DNA of 57,466 nucleotides from a virus. Lineage: Duplodnaviria; Caudoviricetes. Position 1 is the stretch's first letter. Every line of letters begins with the position of its first letter. The position numbers and the translations under genes were made by a program. Positions 24,111 through 34,626 of the stretch are shown piece by piece. Location: positions 1 through 57,466 of the IMG/VR virus record IMGVR_UViG_3300048026_000121; one strand, given 5' to 3'. The notes beneath the pieces are model-generated. The model was not told the origin of the DNA. It saw nothing but the letters and a program-made list of their open reading frames with translations, and did no database searches.

Positions 24111-27100
24111 TAGTTTAATGGTGCAATGTTTGGCACAGTAACTAAGAGTTTCATTCGTCTTTCTATTTCATCTTGAACTGTTTCAGAACCTGCTAGGTAT
24201 TCTTCTGCTGATGAACCATTAATCATCTGTGCAGCAGTGTCCAAGTTTCTTCTACCACCTTTACTTCTTGAATAGACTGTGTAGTTATTTCTGATGAAGC
24301 CTCTAGCTTTGATTGGGTTCTCAGCTACAAAGGAGTCAAACATACCCTCTACCTGTTCTTTTTCTTTAGATATTTTATTTGTAATCCATCCTTCTAGGAT
24401 TGCTTTTTTATCTGCGTTGTCAATAGAAGGATCTTCAGAGATCTCGTTGTAGGTCATCTCTCCATAACGTCCAGGCTGACCATTTTTACCTACAGTTGCA
24501 GGTGCATTCTTTTTCCAGTCCTCAAAGTCTTTGTACATTGTCTTTGCTAGTCTGTGTCTAAGAACTAGATCAACGTTAGCTGTTTTAGCTGTAGTGTTTG
24601 TGTATAGTTGGTAGTTCTTTAGATTGTATTTAGACATCTCTCTTTGAAGGGCAGTCGTTGGTGGCTCACCTGTGATACCAGTGATCTGTTTTAGGCCAGG
24701 ATCAATCTTACCTCTAGCCACTGGGTTATCGAAGTCGTAGTAAGACAAGTCTGTCTCACCATTGAATGACTGGGTGTACTGCAGGAACAACATATCAGGA
24801 GCAAAGCGTAGTGCTCTGTTCTTCATCTCCTCAGATGGTTCTCCTGCACCAAGTAGGCTTACGTCAGTACCTTCAGCAAGATCCCTTGTGTATGGTGCAC
24901 CTGCCTGATCATAAGACATCTGTCCAATAACATCCCTGGCGATAGCACCAGGCATTGTATAAGTTGCAAGGAAATCCCCAAACTGTCTTCTTGCCTGTTC
25001 TACTGCAGCATCGTTACCTTCAGTAAGCATTGCTAGAATAGGTCCAGTTGCAAGGCCAAGATCAAATGAGAACTCAGGGATACCACCCAAGACATCTGCC
25101 ATATCTCTTTTGAATTGTTCTGCATTATCAATAGACATAGGCAAGTTGTTGTCGGATCTCCACTTCTGGTCACCTATGTACATGTGTAGCATGGTAGCAC
25201 CTAGTAGAGGTTTGAGGTCAGCATCATCACCAATCTCTTGAATAAGAGTGTTCTTTACAGAACCGTAGTCTACTTCACCTTGACGTTGATTAGCTAGTTC
25301 GTAACCACCCCACAACATCATGGCACCAGTGGCTTGTCGAGCATACCTTGTTGCTGCATCCTCTGGACCTTGTGTGATCTTAGCCTGATGTAATGCCTCA
25401 CCAAAGAGAGGAGCATACTCTGACATCTTTTGGATGTGATTACCCAAATATCTTGGGAATGGTACACCTGCAAAGGTAGATACAAGAAAAGGAACTTTTC
25501 TATTTAGTCTAACCAAAGATCTGGTTGTGGTTCCTACCAAAGAATCAGCATCTCTGAATGTATCCTGCATGGTCATAGAGTTAGCTTCTTTTGTAGCTGC
25601 ATCTATTGAGATACCATCAGGTAAGTTATCTAGTTTTGTGTTTGATCTTAACCAGTCTGTCATAGACAAACCTTGATCTCTAAACTGTCTGTCCAGTGCA
25701 CCGTAGAAGATGGCTTCCTTCAGTGCTGTGTCTGTCAAGGTATTAGCAAAGTTAGCAGCACGTCCTGCCTTAGCAAGGATACTGTTACTTTCCATACCAA
25801 TCTCAAGCCTCATAGCTTCAGAGTACAAACGTCTGGATTCCTCTGGCATTTCATCCAACATGATCTGTCTGAGTAGTTGTGCCTCAGTCTTATTCATGGT
25901 CATGCCTCTGAGGATAGCAGAGGTGTTAGGTATGATGTTCTTAATACCAGTTGTATCACCTTTCATACCTTGAAATATAGCCTTGAATACTTGGTCAGAC
26001 ATATCAGCACCCATAAGGATGCCAGTACTCATGACGTTCCTTGCTGTAGTAGCAGGTTGTGATGTCATGAGAGAAACACGAAGGGTGTCTAGATCCTGGA
26101 AGAAACCATAGATAGCCCCTGTTGTTTCATTTCTAGTAGCAGCAGCAGCTATCTCTTTGGCATCTACACCACTGATAGATGATGCCCCCTTAGCAAAGAG
26201 AACATCAATAGGTGTAGCAGTTCTTCTAATCTCTCCACCTCTCTTGATAGCACTCTGGAAACCAAGAGTTTGACCAGCACGAGAAACCTCTGCCATGTAG
26301 ATCAAAGAGAACTCTTCTTTAGTTAGTCCATACTTATCTTTTACAGTGTTAAGAATATTAAATACTCTTTCTGATCCTTCCCCCTGCATAGCATTAGCTA
26401 TAGCCTCAGTGATACGAATCTCTCCACCTTGTGTGTCGAGTTTAAATTCGTTCATCAAGTCTACAGACGCAGCAGCAATACCTCTCAGGGTATGGGCAGA
26501 CAGTCCTGAACTAAATTCAGGGTTAGCCTTTGGGTCTGTCATAGATGCAAGGATTGCCTGACCTTTACTTACACGTTCTGGGTCTAGTCTACCTTTTAAC
26601 TTAGCACCTTTTACTCCTGCACGAGCAGATAGGATATCGTCTAGGTCAGCAATGATAGTCTGAGCAGCTTTCTTCTGGGCAGGTGAAGCACCTGAGATAG
26701 TACCTAAAGATCTTTGTGCAGCTTTCTCTGCCTCTTCAGCAAAGACCTTTCCTCTTTCCTTGAGGATGTCATCTATCTTGTTTTGTCTACCTCTCCCAAG
26801 GACACCTGACAAATAACCACCTGCACCACCTACAGTAGCATCAGTGATACCACCAATTAGAGAATCGTAGATAAAGTCTCTGGAGGTATACTCAAAGCCT
26901 TCAACGACTTCATCTCTGGTTTCCCCTTGTGCCCCTGCCTGGACACCACTAACAGTAACACCAGTACCAAAACCAATGCCAGCTTCTTTAACTGCTTGCC
27001 TAGCTGCTGATCTTTTTACACCAGTCTTCACTACGTTCTTTTGTGTAGCTTCTTTTAACCCTGCTCTGACAGCAAGCTGTGTTGCTTTAGCTCCTGCCTT

Positions 27101-27508
27101 TGCACCCAACTTAGTAAGACCAAAACTACCAAGACCTAGATAAGTAGAGGGAGCAGTAATGACAGCCTCAGAGAAGTCACCAATAGCATCACCCCAGGTA
27201 CTACCTACCTGTTCAGTATTATCCCATGCCTGGATCAAACGACCAAAGGCATCCTTACCCTTCTGACTAAAGTCCTTGTTCTTTACGTAGTTCAAGTCCT
27301 TCACTGCTGTGACTTCGTTCCAAGACTGTGCTCTCATGTGTTCGACAAACTCTTTTGTCAAACCCTCAAAGCCAATCTCTCTCATTTGATCCTTGGTGTA
27401 CTTATACCTTCCACCAGAGAAGAAACGTACCAGATCCCTTTTGAAATCGTCATCCTCAACAAGATCAACGAAGTTATTATCTGGTGCCTTGTCGATGTAA
27501 CCTGCCAT
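24110..27508 (-). CDS. Large internal virion (ejection) protein, putative
   Basis: 1132 aa, Ala/Gly-rich and helical; last gene of the structural arm, as in podoviruses. Confidence 0.7.
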   Translation of the reverse strand: MAGYIDKAPDNNFVDLVEDDDFKRDLVRFFSGGRYKYTKDQMREIGFEGLTKEFVEHMRAQSWNEVTAVKDLNYVKNKDFSQKGKDAFGRLIQAWDNTEQVGSTWGDAIGDFSEAVITAPSTYLGLGSFGLTKLGAKAGAKATQLAVRAGLKEATQKNVVKTGVKRSAARQAVKEAGIGFGTGVTVSGVQAGAQGETRDEVVEGFEYTSRDFIYDSLIGGITDATVGGAGGYLSGVLGRGRQNKIDDILKERGKVFAEEAEKAAQRSLGTISGASPAQKKAAQTIIADLDDILSARAGVKGAKLKGRLDPERVSKGQAILASMTDPKANPEFSSGLSAHTLRGIAAASVDLMNEFKLDTQGGEIRITEAIANAMQGEGSERVFNILNTVKDKYGLTKEEFSLIYMAEVSRAGQTLGFQSAIKRGGEIRRTATPIDVLFAKGASSISGVDAKEIAAAATRNETTGAIYGFFQDLDTLRVSLMTSQPATTARNVMSTGILMGADMSDQVFKAIFQGMKGDTTGIKNIIPNTSAILRGMTMNKTEAQLLRQIMLDEMPEESRRLYSEAMRLEIGMESNSILAKAGRAANFANTLTDTALKEAIFYGALDRQFRDQGLSMTDWLRSNTKLDNLPDGISIDAATKEANSMTMQDTFRDADSLVGTTTRSLVRLNRKVPFLVSTFAGVPFPRYLGNHIQKMSEYAPLFGEALHQAKITQGPEDAATRYARQATGAMMLWGGYELANQRQGEVDYGSVKNTLIQEIGDDADLKPLLGATMLHMYIGDQKWRSDNNLPMSIDNAEQFKRDMADVLGGIPEFSFDLGLATGPILAMLTEGNDAAVEQARRQFGDFLATYTMPGAIARDVIGQMSYDQAGAPYTRDLAEGTDVSLLGAGEPSEEMKNRALRFAPDMLFLQYTQSFNGETDLSYYDFDNPVARGKIDPGLKQITGITGEPPTTALQREMSKYNLKNYQLYTNTTAKTANVDLVLRHRLAKTMYKDFEDWKKNAPATVGKNGQPGRYGEMTYNEISEDPSIDNADKKAILEGWITNKISKEKEQVEGMFDSFVAENPIKARGFIRNNYTVYSRSKGGRRNLDTAAQMINGSSAEEYLAGSETVQDEIERRMKLLVTVPNIAPLN

Positions 27509-28437
27509 TAATCTTCACCTTCCTCTTCAATGAGGTCTTCTGTTGCAGATGTATTTGGATCTGCAGGTAAAGGTCTTTCTATTGTCTGAGGATTATACTC
27601 AAACGTTGGATAGTTAGTAGCAATATCTCTAAGGTTAGTCATGCCTGTTAGGAAATTAACCTTATCAAAAATCTCAGAATAAACATCACTCTCATCTTTT
27701 TGAATTAGTGGGTCACTGATCTGTACCTTGAAGTACTCCACAGCATTCTGAATAATTTCACCTGCTGCATCAGGGTTCTCCCACTTAATATTACCAGTGT
27801 CTGCATTATAAGAACCACCAAGCTGACCAATGAGAGAACGTTCAATTTGTTTTTGAACCTTTGCCTCTTTGTCAGTGTCAAAAGAAGTAAGAGACATTGG
27901 GTTTACTTTAAACCTGTTAATGTCTGGGGATGCTGCACCAGGGCCAGTAGCTGCACTCAACAGTGGAGTAAGTGCAGTCTCAAAGTCTTCTTCAGTGTTG
28001 GCATAGATAGCTTCAATAAGTTTGTCAGACGTTGGATTTTCTGCGTATCCCATATCTAAAGCATAAGCCATAGCAGAGGCAATCTTCTCTGGTTTAAGGT
28101 TAGCAACTACAGCCTCACTAAGTCTTTCCATACCAGAACTACTGATAGTTTTATCAGGATCTTCCTGTAGTTTCGTAAGTCTAACCAACAAAGTATCAAG
28201 ATCACCAGATGATTCTAGAACTGCAGCAGCTTCCTCTGTCAATCCAAAACCAACACCTGCGTTAACTCTTGCTGCTCTCTTCTGAGCCTTTTCTTTTCTA
28301 GCTTCAATACGAGACATCAACTCAGGTAGGATCTGAGCCTTACGCTTTTCTAGTAGAGACATCATAAATTCGTCAGCCCTAGTAGCTGCGTCTTCCTGGC
28401 GATTAATCTCTGCTACAACACCTGCTAAAAAACCCAT
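27508..28437 (-). CDS. Putative internal virion protein
   Basis: MGFLAGV N-terminus, helical; position in the structural arm. Confidence 0.6.
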   Translation of the reverse strand: MGFLAGVVAEINRQEDAATRADEFMMSLLEKRKAQILPELMSRIEARKEKAQKRAARVNAGVGFGLTEEAAAVLESSGDLDTLLVRLTKLQEDPDKTISSSGMERLSEAVVANLKPEKIASAMAYALDMGYAENPTSDKLIEAIYANTEEDFETALTPLLSAATGPGAASPDINRFKVNPMSLTSFDTDKEAKVQKQIERSLIGQLGGSYNADTGNIKWENPDAAGEIIQNAVEYFKVQISDPLIQKDESDVYSEIFDKVNFLTGMTNLRDIATNYPTFEYNPQTIERPLPADPNTSATEDLIEEEGED

Positions 28438-28439
28438 AG

Positions 28440-29084
28440 TTACATCCTCGCCATAAGACCTTTAGGTTCTGCCTTAGGCTCACCAAGATCCATTTCCATT
28501 TGTTGTTTAGGCTCTTCTACTGGAGCCTCTCTCATTGCAGGTCTCTCAGGAGATCTACCCTCAGATTTAGCAAGAGCACTCCTGACCATAGACATTTCTT
28601 TTTCGTCTTCTTCTTGCTCGTCTTTCTCGAACCCAGACTTGTACTCAATACCTACTTCATCAGCTACATCAGCAATGAACTCATGGACAGTAGGGGCAAT
28701 GATTAGACTTACATCAATGCTGTGGATACCTTCAGCTACTGCACTTCTCAGTAGACCTTCAGTAAGACTACGAACATCTACACCTTTATCTAGCAGCATC
28801 ATAGCTGTGTCTAGTCTTTCTACATCATTAAGACGTGTAAGGTGTAGGCGTAGTGCATCCTCTGGATCAGTGATCTCTGGTGGTCTTTCGTATGGTCTGC
28901 TCTTAGGTTCAGCAGTAAGTGACTGCCCAGGGATAGGAGCATTGAATAACTTAGGGCTTGGTCTACCTACTGGTTTCTTTAGCTTAGGTTTAGCCTTAGG
29001 CTTTGGCCTCGTGTCACCCTTGACTGGTTGCTTAAATACTTGAGCAGCCTGTGCATTCATTGGTTGTTTCTGTGGTGCTAACAT
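28440..29084 (-). CDS. Putative virion-associated protein
   Basis: FNAPIPGQSLT...PYERPP...GIHSIDVSLII...KGLMAR pattern. Confidence 0.65.
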   Translation of the reverse strand: MLAPQKQPMNAQAAQVFKQPVKGDTRPKPKAKPKLKKPVGRPSPKLFNAPIPGQSLTAEPKSRPYERPPEITDPEDALRLHLTRLNDVERLDTAMMLLDKGVDVRSLTEGLLRSAVAEGIHSIDVSLIIAPTVHEFIADVADEVGIEYKSGFEKDEQEEDEKEMSMVRSALAKSEGRSPERPAMREAPVEEPKQQMEMDLGEPKAEPKGLMARM

Positions 29085-29090
29085 TTTTAC

Positions 29091-29927
29091 CTACCCATAA
29101 TATCCTTTGAGACTACCAAGTGTAATTGGTCCATCCCCTTCTGATCTCCATCCAGGATTTGCTTTCCATTCTTTCGAGTTCTTAGCATAGATAACAGTGC
29201 TACTTGGTTTACCCTTTAAGTTTTTAGCTTTACCAGGAGCAGCTTGCATTACAGCTAGTGGAACACTACCATCGTAACCCCAACGCTCCAAGTACTTTCT
29301 ATACTCAGCTACCTGTTCAGATGGCTTAAGTGTTGTCAAAGTTTCGTAGTCAATTCCTGCCTCTTCAGCAGGGGTTTTACCTATTTGGAATAGACCTTTG
29401 TAGCCTAGTTTGTTTGTAGTAGTCCAAGACCAGTCCTTGTTTTCACCATTAATAACAGAATAAATTTCTCTTGTTGTAATGTTAAAGTCTTCAGCTAGTC
29501 TCTTAACTGAATCCTTAAACTCAGGATCATTAGCATCTCTTTGAACTTTAGTTGCTAGTTCTTCAAAACTTAGTAGACCACTATCACCAGGAAGTCTTGG
29601 TTTAATTTCTGGTTCACTTGGCCTAGATGCTACAGCATCCTCACCGTAGTTGTCTTCCATATCAGAGTAATCATCTGCAGGTTTCTTAGATTTAGAAACT
29701 GCATCTGCCATACTAGACCTGTATTCATTCATAGCAGTTCTGTAAGAACCTACAGCCTCACCACCACTAACCTGTGGTGCTGTTTTCTTGATAAGACTTG
29801 TGTCTATTTCACCAAGTGCTCTCTGCGCTTGTTTCTTTCCAGAGTCTACAGAGTGCTTAGATCTTTTACCTGCTACTCTTTCAGATGCTTTAGGTGCACT
29901 CTGTACTGGCTGATTTAAATTATACAT
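29091..29927 (-). CDS. Protein with C-terminal lysozyme/lytic-transglycosylase-like domain
   Basis: Helix ending INGEN (candidate catalytic Glu), YKGLFQI, EQV...YL; among internal virion genes. Confidence 0.6.
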   Translation of the reverse strand: MYNLNQPVQSAPKASERVAGKRSKHSVDSGKKQAQRALGEIDTSLIKKTAPQVSGGEAVGSYRTAMNEYRSSMADAVSKSKKPADDYSDMEDNYGEDAVASRPSEPEIKPRLPGDSGLLSFEELATKVQRDANDPEFKDSVKRLAEDFNITTREIYSVINGENKDWSWTTTNKLGYKGLFQIGKTPAEEAGIDYETLTTLKPSEQVAEYRKYLERWGYDGSVPLAVMQAAPGKAKNLKGKPSSTVIYAKNSKEWKANPGWRSEGDGPITLGSLKGYYG

Positions 29928-29936
29928 TTTACGTCC

Positions 29937-32900
29937 TTAATCAAAGATAGACTTAAAGTCAGAGGAGAAGAATACTTTGGTTAGAAGAGTACCTAATGCC
30001 TGATCTTCCTGTGAGTCAAGCTGCTGTTTAATAGAAGACAACTGCTTATCACCTAGAAGAATACTTAGTGCACGATCAGCTTCATTCTCTGACTGTGTAA
30101 ATGAGTAGTCCATCAGGTCACGTTCCCTCTGCCAGATCTCATCTAGTGTTTTAAGAGTAAGAGCATTCACAGTTTGTGTGTATTCCATATTAGACTCGTT
30201 AGCTGCAGCAGTATTAATAGTTGCCAGGTTCTGTCTCCACTGAGCATTTGCCTGGGCAACTACAAGATAGTTCTGAGCATTAAACATCTCTCTTTGGTTC
30301 TGCATACTAGCATTAAACTCAAGGAGGGAGTTGACCTCATCAGCATTGAACTGCTTCATAGCATTCATCTGTGCTGCATTGAACTGATTGACTGAGGCTG
30401 AAAGGTTAGAGAAGAACTGGTTAGTCTGGTTCTCTGATGTAGCATTAAACTGAGCAGCAGCATTGGCAGCAGCCTGATCAGAAAGGATACTATTGATCAA
30501 TGACTGCTGTTTAAACATAGCTGTCTGCTGTTCATTGGCTAGGTTAGCCATGTCTACTTGCAAGAAGTTCTGAGCATTCTGAACTGCAGCCTGTTGTCTG
30601 TTGTTCAGGTTCTGAGTATCTAGTTGAGATAGAGCAGCAGCTTCTGCCATGACTAGTGCTTGCTCGTTGCTTAGGTTCTGCAAGGCCATAGTGTTTGCAG
30701 CCTTAGAGTTTTCAAGAGCAATCTGCTGTTCAGCAGTGAAGTTCATGTTAGCAATCTCAGAGACTTTGGCAGCATTCATAACCTTAGCTTGGAATGCTTG
30801 ATCAAACTCCATACCCAAGAACTTAGATCTTTGCTCTGCTTTGAATAGGGCAACCTGTTGTTTGTTGCTTGCATCAATCTGAGCAATAGGTAGAGCAGCT
30901 TCCATAGCAGCCTGAATGACTGCTTGTCCTGCCATACTTGAAGCACCTAAACCTCTGGCAGCAAGCATCTGTGAAGCAGCCCTCATAGATCCTGCAGCCC
31001 AAGCAGGTGTGTCACCACCCTCGAACTGAGACATCAAGTTAGCTAGTTCACCCTGTACAGATGCAGCCTGTACTTCACCAGTACCGAATGCTTCTCCTAC
31101 TTTTGCTTGGTCTACACCAGTGCCAGTGATCATCTCACCAGTCTGTTCTGTACGAGTAGGTTGGCCTGTAACATCTACAGAAGAACCTGTAGCAGCATCA
31201 AGACCAGAGACAGAACTCGTCTTCTGCTCTTCTGCTGTAATAGTTTGTGTAGGGCCACCTGTCATGGTGGCAGGTGTCATACCTTCTGTAGCTTTCTGTA
31301 CGTCAGTATAACCTTGGTTAGCTGTGTAGGTTGCAGCACCCTGTCCAGTAGGAACATCAGCAGTAGTAACAGATCCAATCTGTGCTACCTGATCATCTTG
31401 TACCATAGGTGCTGTAGCAAGAGTCTGACCTGCAGTAGATTCAATAACAGAACCGTAGGTATTAGGATCAATGTAGGCTGTAGGAGCAGCAGCCACAGCA
31501 CCACCAGGGGCTACAGTTGACTGTGCAACTAAGTCTCTCTGTGCTTGTGCTAGACCTTCTGCAGTTACATCCATCTGTCCTGTTGGCATATCTGCATTAA
31601 TGCCACCAGTTTCTGGTGGTTGATCAGCTTGATCTGCAGCTTGCTGTTGAGCTTGCATATTCTGTAGTGTAGCAGGGTCAGAAAGGTAAGACTGATAAGC
31701 ACCAAACATTGTATCTTGATCATACCCTGGTAGGTTCATATCATACCCTTGCTGCTGCAGGTATGTATTGTAGTCGGGGAGACCAAGGTTAGACGTACCC
31801 ATATCAAGGGCAGCTTTTGCTTCCATTGCACTGCTGTATGGCTGAGACTGACCGCCATTATTGGGGTACTCAATTACGTACTTATCACCAACTTGTTTAA
31901 CTGTACCACCAGGTTTAAAGTTCATTGCAGGGTTTACTGTTAAACCAGATTCATTAAAACCTTGGATCACACCACCTTGGTTCTGACCTTGCGCTGTAGC
32001 AGTACCCAGTGTCTGAGCTTCAGCTCCAAAGCCTTGTACTCTATAATAACCAGGAGGAATAGGTTGACTAGGTACACCATTGATATGTTGGACATACATA
32101 GACATACCAAACCTGTTACGGTACAACACATTCTCAAACGCAGGAGCAGTACCTGCAGCTTGTTGTTCTTCTAGTGTTTGTGGTTGATATAGTTTAGCTT
32201 GTTCAGAAGCTCTGTTTTCAAACTGTGTTTGCTGTAAACCTAGTCCTGCTTCGTAGGTAGGAATATCTACTTCAGTAAGACCAGTTTGACCTTCACCATA
32301 CACTGGAGTTACTGCACCAATGTTAGGTGTGCTTACAAAGTTAGGGCCAGTATAAGGTGTACCAGAACCTACACCACCAGTACCACCAGTTCCAACTCCA
32401 CCTACACCACCTACATTCACAGTACCTGTGGCCCCAGATCCTCCACCAGTTCCAGCAGTTCTCTTCTCTTCAGCTTTCTTTTTAATTAGATCCCACTCAA
32501 GAATATCAAGAATATTCTCTTGAGTTTTCCAGTTAGGATTATCAGCACCATAGATACCTTTTAATCTATCAAGTTCATCTCTTGCTTCTTGAGCATTTGT
32601 GGCACCTGTCATACCTAGGCTACTTTGGTCACCACCTAGGATACCTCTTCCAGATCCCCACAAACCATACGTTTGATCTGCAGAAAGACCTCTTTTTTTC
32701 ATCTCTTGTTCAAGATACCAGTTAGCATTACTAGCTGAAACAGAGACTTCTGCTGGATCTAAACCTGCATCAATTAGATCTTGATCTGTAGGTTTTTGAT
32801 TAAGGCGGTCTAGTACTATCTGTGCACCTAGGTCTTGTGGTCCAGAATTACTTCCAAAGAATGTCTCTTGTGCCCCTGGATTATACCCTAACTCTTTTAG

Positions 32901-33491
32901 TATCTTATCTTTCTTATAATGAGCACTGGTATCATTTGGGTCAAGACCAAGACTTTCATAGACAGCATTCATATCAGAGGTTTTAACGCCACCATTTTGT
33001 GCTAAGAAGGTAATCTCAGCAGCTTTCTTAAGTACGTTTGCATCAATACTGGAAACATCTACAGTAGCATCATCAGTGCCTACTGGCATAAGCTGCTGTG
33101 ATCCATCACTATCTGTAAAAGAAATTGTACCATCAGAGTTTATAGTGTGCTTGTCACTATTCATAATTGCTGCTTGAGAAGCAGAATCAAGATCATTTAT
33201 ATTTTGGGCACCATACGTAAGAACACCCTCTGTTTTTAAGTATTTAGTTCCAGACCCAGAAGGAGTACTACTACTAGCAGTACTTGCTGCAGCACTAGAA
33301 GGGGTTGTGCCACGAGGCATAGTTTCTTCAAGAGGAACTACAGTATCTTCAACTGGTACTAATTTAGAAGTAATACCACTTCCTTCTTCTCCTGCTACTT
33401 TAGTGTACTTTTGCCCATTAACCGTTACAGAATCGCCAATGTTAGTACCTATAGAAGCATCCTTTAGGTTATCAAATTTAATTGTTGTCAT
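29937..33491 (-). CDS. Large Gln/Ala/Asn-rich internal virion protein, putative
   Basis: 1184 aa; PAWAAG...RGLGASSMAGQA..QAAMEAALPIAQ.DA core and QFNA repeats. Confidence 0.7.
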   Translation of the reverse strand: MTTIKFDNLKDASIGTNIGDSVTVNGQKYTKVAGEEGSGITSKLVPVEDTVVPLEETMPRGTTPSSAAASTASSSTPSGSGTKYLKTEGVLTYGAQNINDLDSASQAAIMNSDKHTINSDGTISFTDSDGSQQLMPVGTDDATVDVSSIDANVLKKAAEITFLAQNGGVKTSDMNAVYESLGLDPNDTSAHYKKDKILKELGYNPGAQETFFGSNSGPQDLGAQIVLDRLNQKPTDQDLIDAGLDPAEVSVSASNANWYLEQEMKKRGLSADQTYGLWGSGRGILGGDQSSLGMTGATNAQEARDELDRLKGIYGADNPNWKTQENILDILEWDLIKKKAEEKRTAGTGGGSGATGTVNVGGVGGVGTGGTGGVGSGTPYTGPNFVSTPNIGAVTPVYGEGQTGLTEVDIPTYEAGLGLQQTQFENRASEQAKLYQPQTLEEQQAAGTAPAFENVLYRNRFGMSMYVQHINGVPSQPIPPGYYRVQGFGAEAQTLGTATAQGQNQGGVIQGFNESGLTVNPAMNFKPGGTVKQVGDKYVIEYPNNGGQSQPYSSAMEAKAALDMGTSNLGLPDYNTYLQQQGYDMNLPGYDQDTMFGAYQSYLSDPATLQNMQAQQQAADQADQPPETGGINADMPTGQMDVTAEGLAQAQRDLVAQSTVAPGGAVAAAPTAYIDPNTYGSVIESTAGQTLATAPMVQDDQVAQIGSVTTADVPTGQGAATYTANQGYTDVQKATEGMTPATMTGGPTQTITAEEQKTSSVSGLDAATGSSVDVTGQPTRTEQTGEMITGTGVDQAKVGEAFGTGEVQAASVQGELANLMSQFEGGDTPAWAAGSMRAASQMLAARGLGASSMAGQAVIQAAMEAALPIAQIDASNKQQVALFKAEQRSKFLGMEFDQAFQAKVMNAAKVSEIANMNFTAEQQIALENSKAANTMALQNLSNEQALVMAEAAALSQLDTQNLNNRQQAAVQNAQNFLQVDMANLANEQQTAMFKQQSLINSILSDQAAANAAAQFNATSENQTNQFFSNLSASVNQFNAAQMNAMKQFNADEVNSLLEFNASMQNQREMFNAQNYLVVAQANAQWRQNLATINTAAANESNMEYTQTVNALTLKTLDEIWQRERDLMDYSFTQSENEADRALSILLGDKQLSSIKQQLDSQEDQALGTLLTKVFFSSDFKSIFD

Positions 33492-33502
33492 GCCTTAGTA
33501 CC

Positions 33503-34273
33503 CTATACTGCTAAAGTCTGCCTAAGCTTTGTTGTATCTGCTTTAGTAAACTCTTGGTAATTACCTTTTAAATTTTCTGGGAAATCAATAAACTCTATAC
33601 TTGCACCAGTCTTGTCTGAGACCTCTAGGGCTACATCGTAAAAGCTACGAGGATTGCCTGTGCCAAAATTCCATATACCTGACTCGTCCACATCAAAGAA
33701 TCTTTGCTGATCCATTACGACTTTACCTACATGTATAAAGTCTCTTAAATACTTAGGGGAACCCTTGAAGATCTTTATCTTCCCAGTCTTCTTAGCCTGT
33801 TCCATAAACTTGGCGAAGGGGCTTGCTTGGTTTCCTTTATGTTCCTCGTGGGGACCATGTACGTTGAAGTATCTAAATATTTGAGTAGTGATATCAGCAT
33901 TTCTAAACTCTATATACTTTTCAAACAGTGCCTTACTACGAGCATAGTGGTTCTGAGGATCAACAGGAGATGTCTCCTTGAAGTCTGACTTTAGTCCATA
34001 GACTGAAGCACTAGAAGCAAACTGAAACTTAACATTGTTTTTAATACACTCTTCGTACAACTTAATACTGAACTCTACGTTCTGTCTGTAGATCTTAGAT
34101 ATATTTGTTTCAGTTGTAGAGCTAATAGCACCTAAGTGTATTACCCAGTCCAGTCCCTCTACACCAGGAAAGGACATGCCCCACTCATTCTTTACCACTT
34201 CGTGGTGAGGTGAGAGGGCATTGACCATATTCTGACCAATGAAGCCATTACTCCCAGTGACTAGTATCTTCAT
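33503..34273 (-). CDS. hldD: ADP-L-glycero-D-manno-heptose 6-epimerase
   Basis: TGSNGFIG, HLGAISSTTE, ASSASVYG, YARSK, RYFNVHGPHEEHKG.QAS, RDFIHV and YQEFTKAD are HldD/RfaD-type motifs. Confidence 0.9.
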   Translation of the reverse strand: MKILVTGSNGFIGQNMVNALSPHHEVVKNEWGMSFPGVEGLDWVIHLGAISSTTETNISKIYRQNVEFSIKLYEECIKNNVKFQFASSASVYGLKSDFKETSPVDPQNHYARSKALFEKYIEFRNADITTQIFRYFNVHGPHEEHKGNQASPFAKFMEQAKKTGKIKIFKGSPKYLRDFIHVGKVVMDQQRFFDVDESGIWNFGTGNPRSFYDVALEVSDKTGASIEFIDFPENLKGNYQEFTKADTTKLRQTLAV

Positions 34274-34626
34274 GCCTGACTGTCACCTTTTGCTACTCTG
34301 TAATTATCTTCTACAGAATCAGGAGTAGAGACCTCTAGGATTGTTCCCTCTTCTAAGCAAATGATTTGATGAGGTACAAGAGTCGGGTTCGTCCAGGCAT
34401 CGCCCTCACCCAAGGACTCAACGTGTGTGGTGGCGTCTTCTGTGTCGATCCAAAGAACCTCAAACTTGCCAGATAGAACGTACCAACTTTCCTTCTTATC
34501 TTTGTGGAAGTGCATAGAGAATTTAGCACCAGTATTAAAAGATAAAAACTTACTACAATACTCGTCATTTGTTACCCATATAAGTTCAGAACCCCAGCCC
34601 TTCTTAACGAAGCCTTCAAGTCGCAT
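34270..34626 (-). CDS. Cupin-fold sugar isomerase-like protein
   Basis: KGWGSE, SMHFH..K.E.WYV, PH and EVST, resembling the type II phosphomannose isomerase cupin. Confidence 0.85.
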   Translation of the reverse strand: MRLEGFVKKGWGSELIWVTNDEYCSKFLSFNTGAKFSMHFHKDKKESWYVLSGKFEVLWIDTEDATTHVESLGEGDAWTNPTLVPHQIICLEEGTILEVSTPDSVEDNYRVAKGDSQA

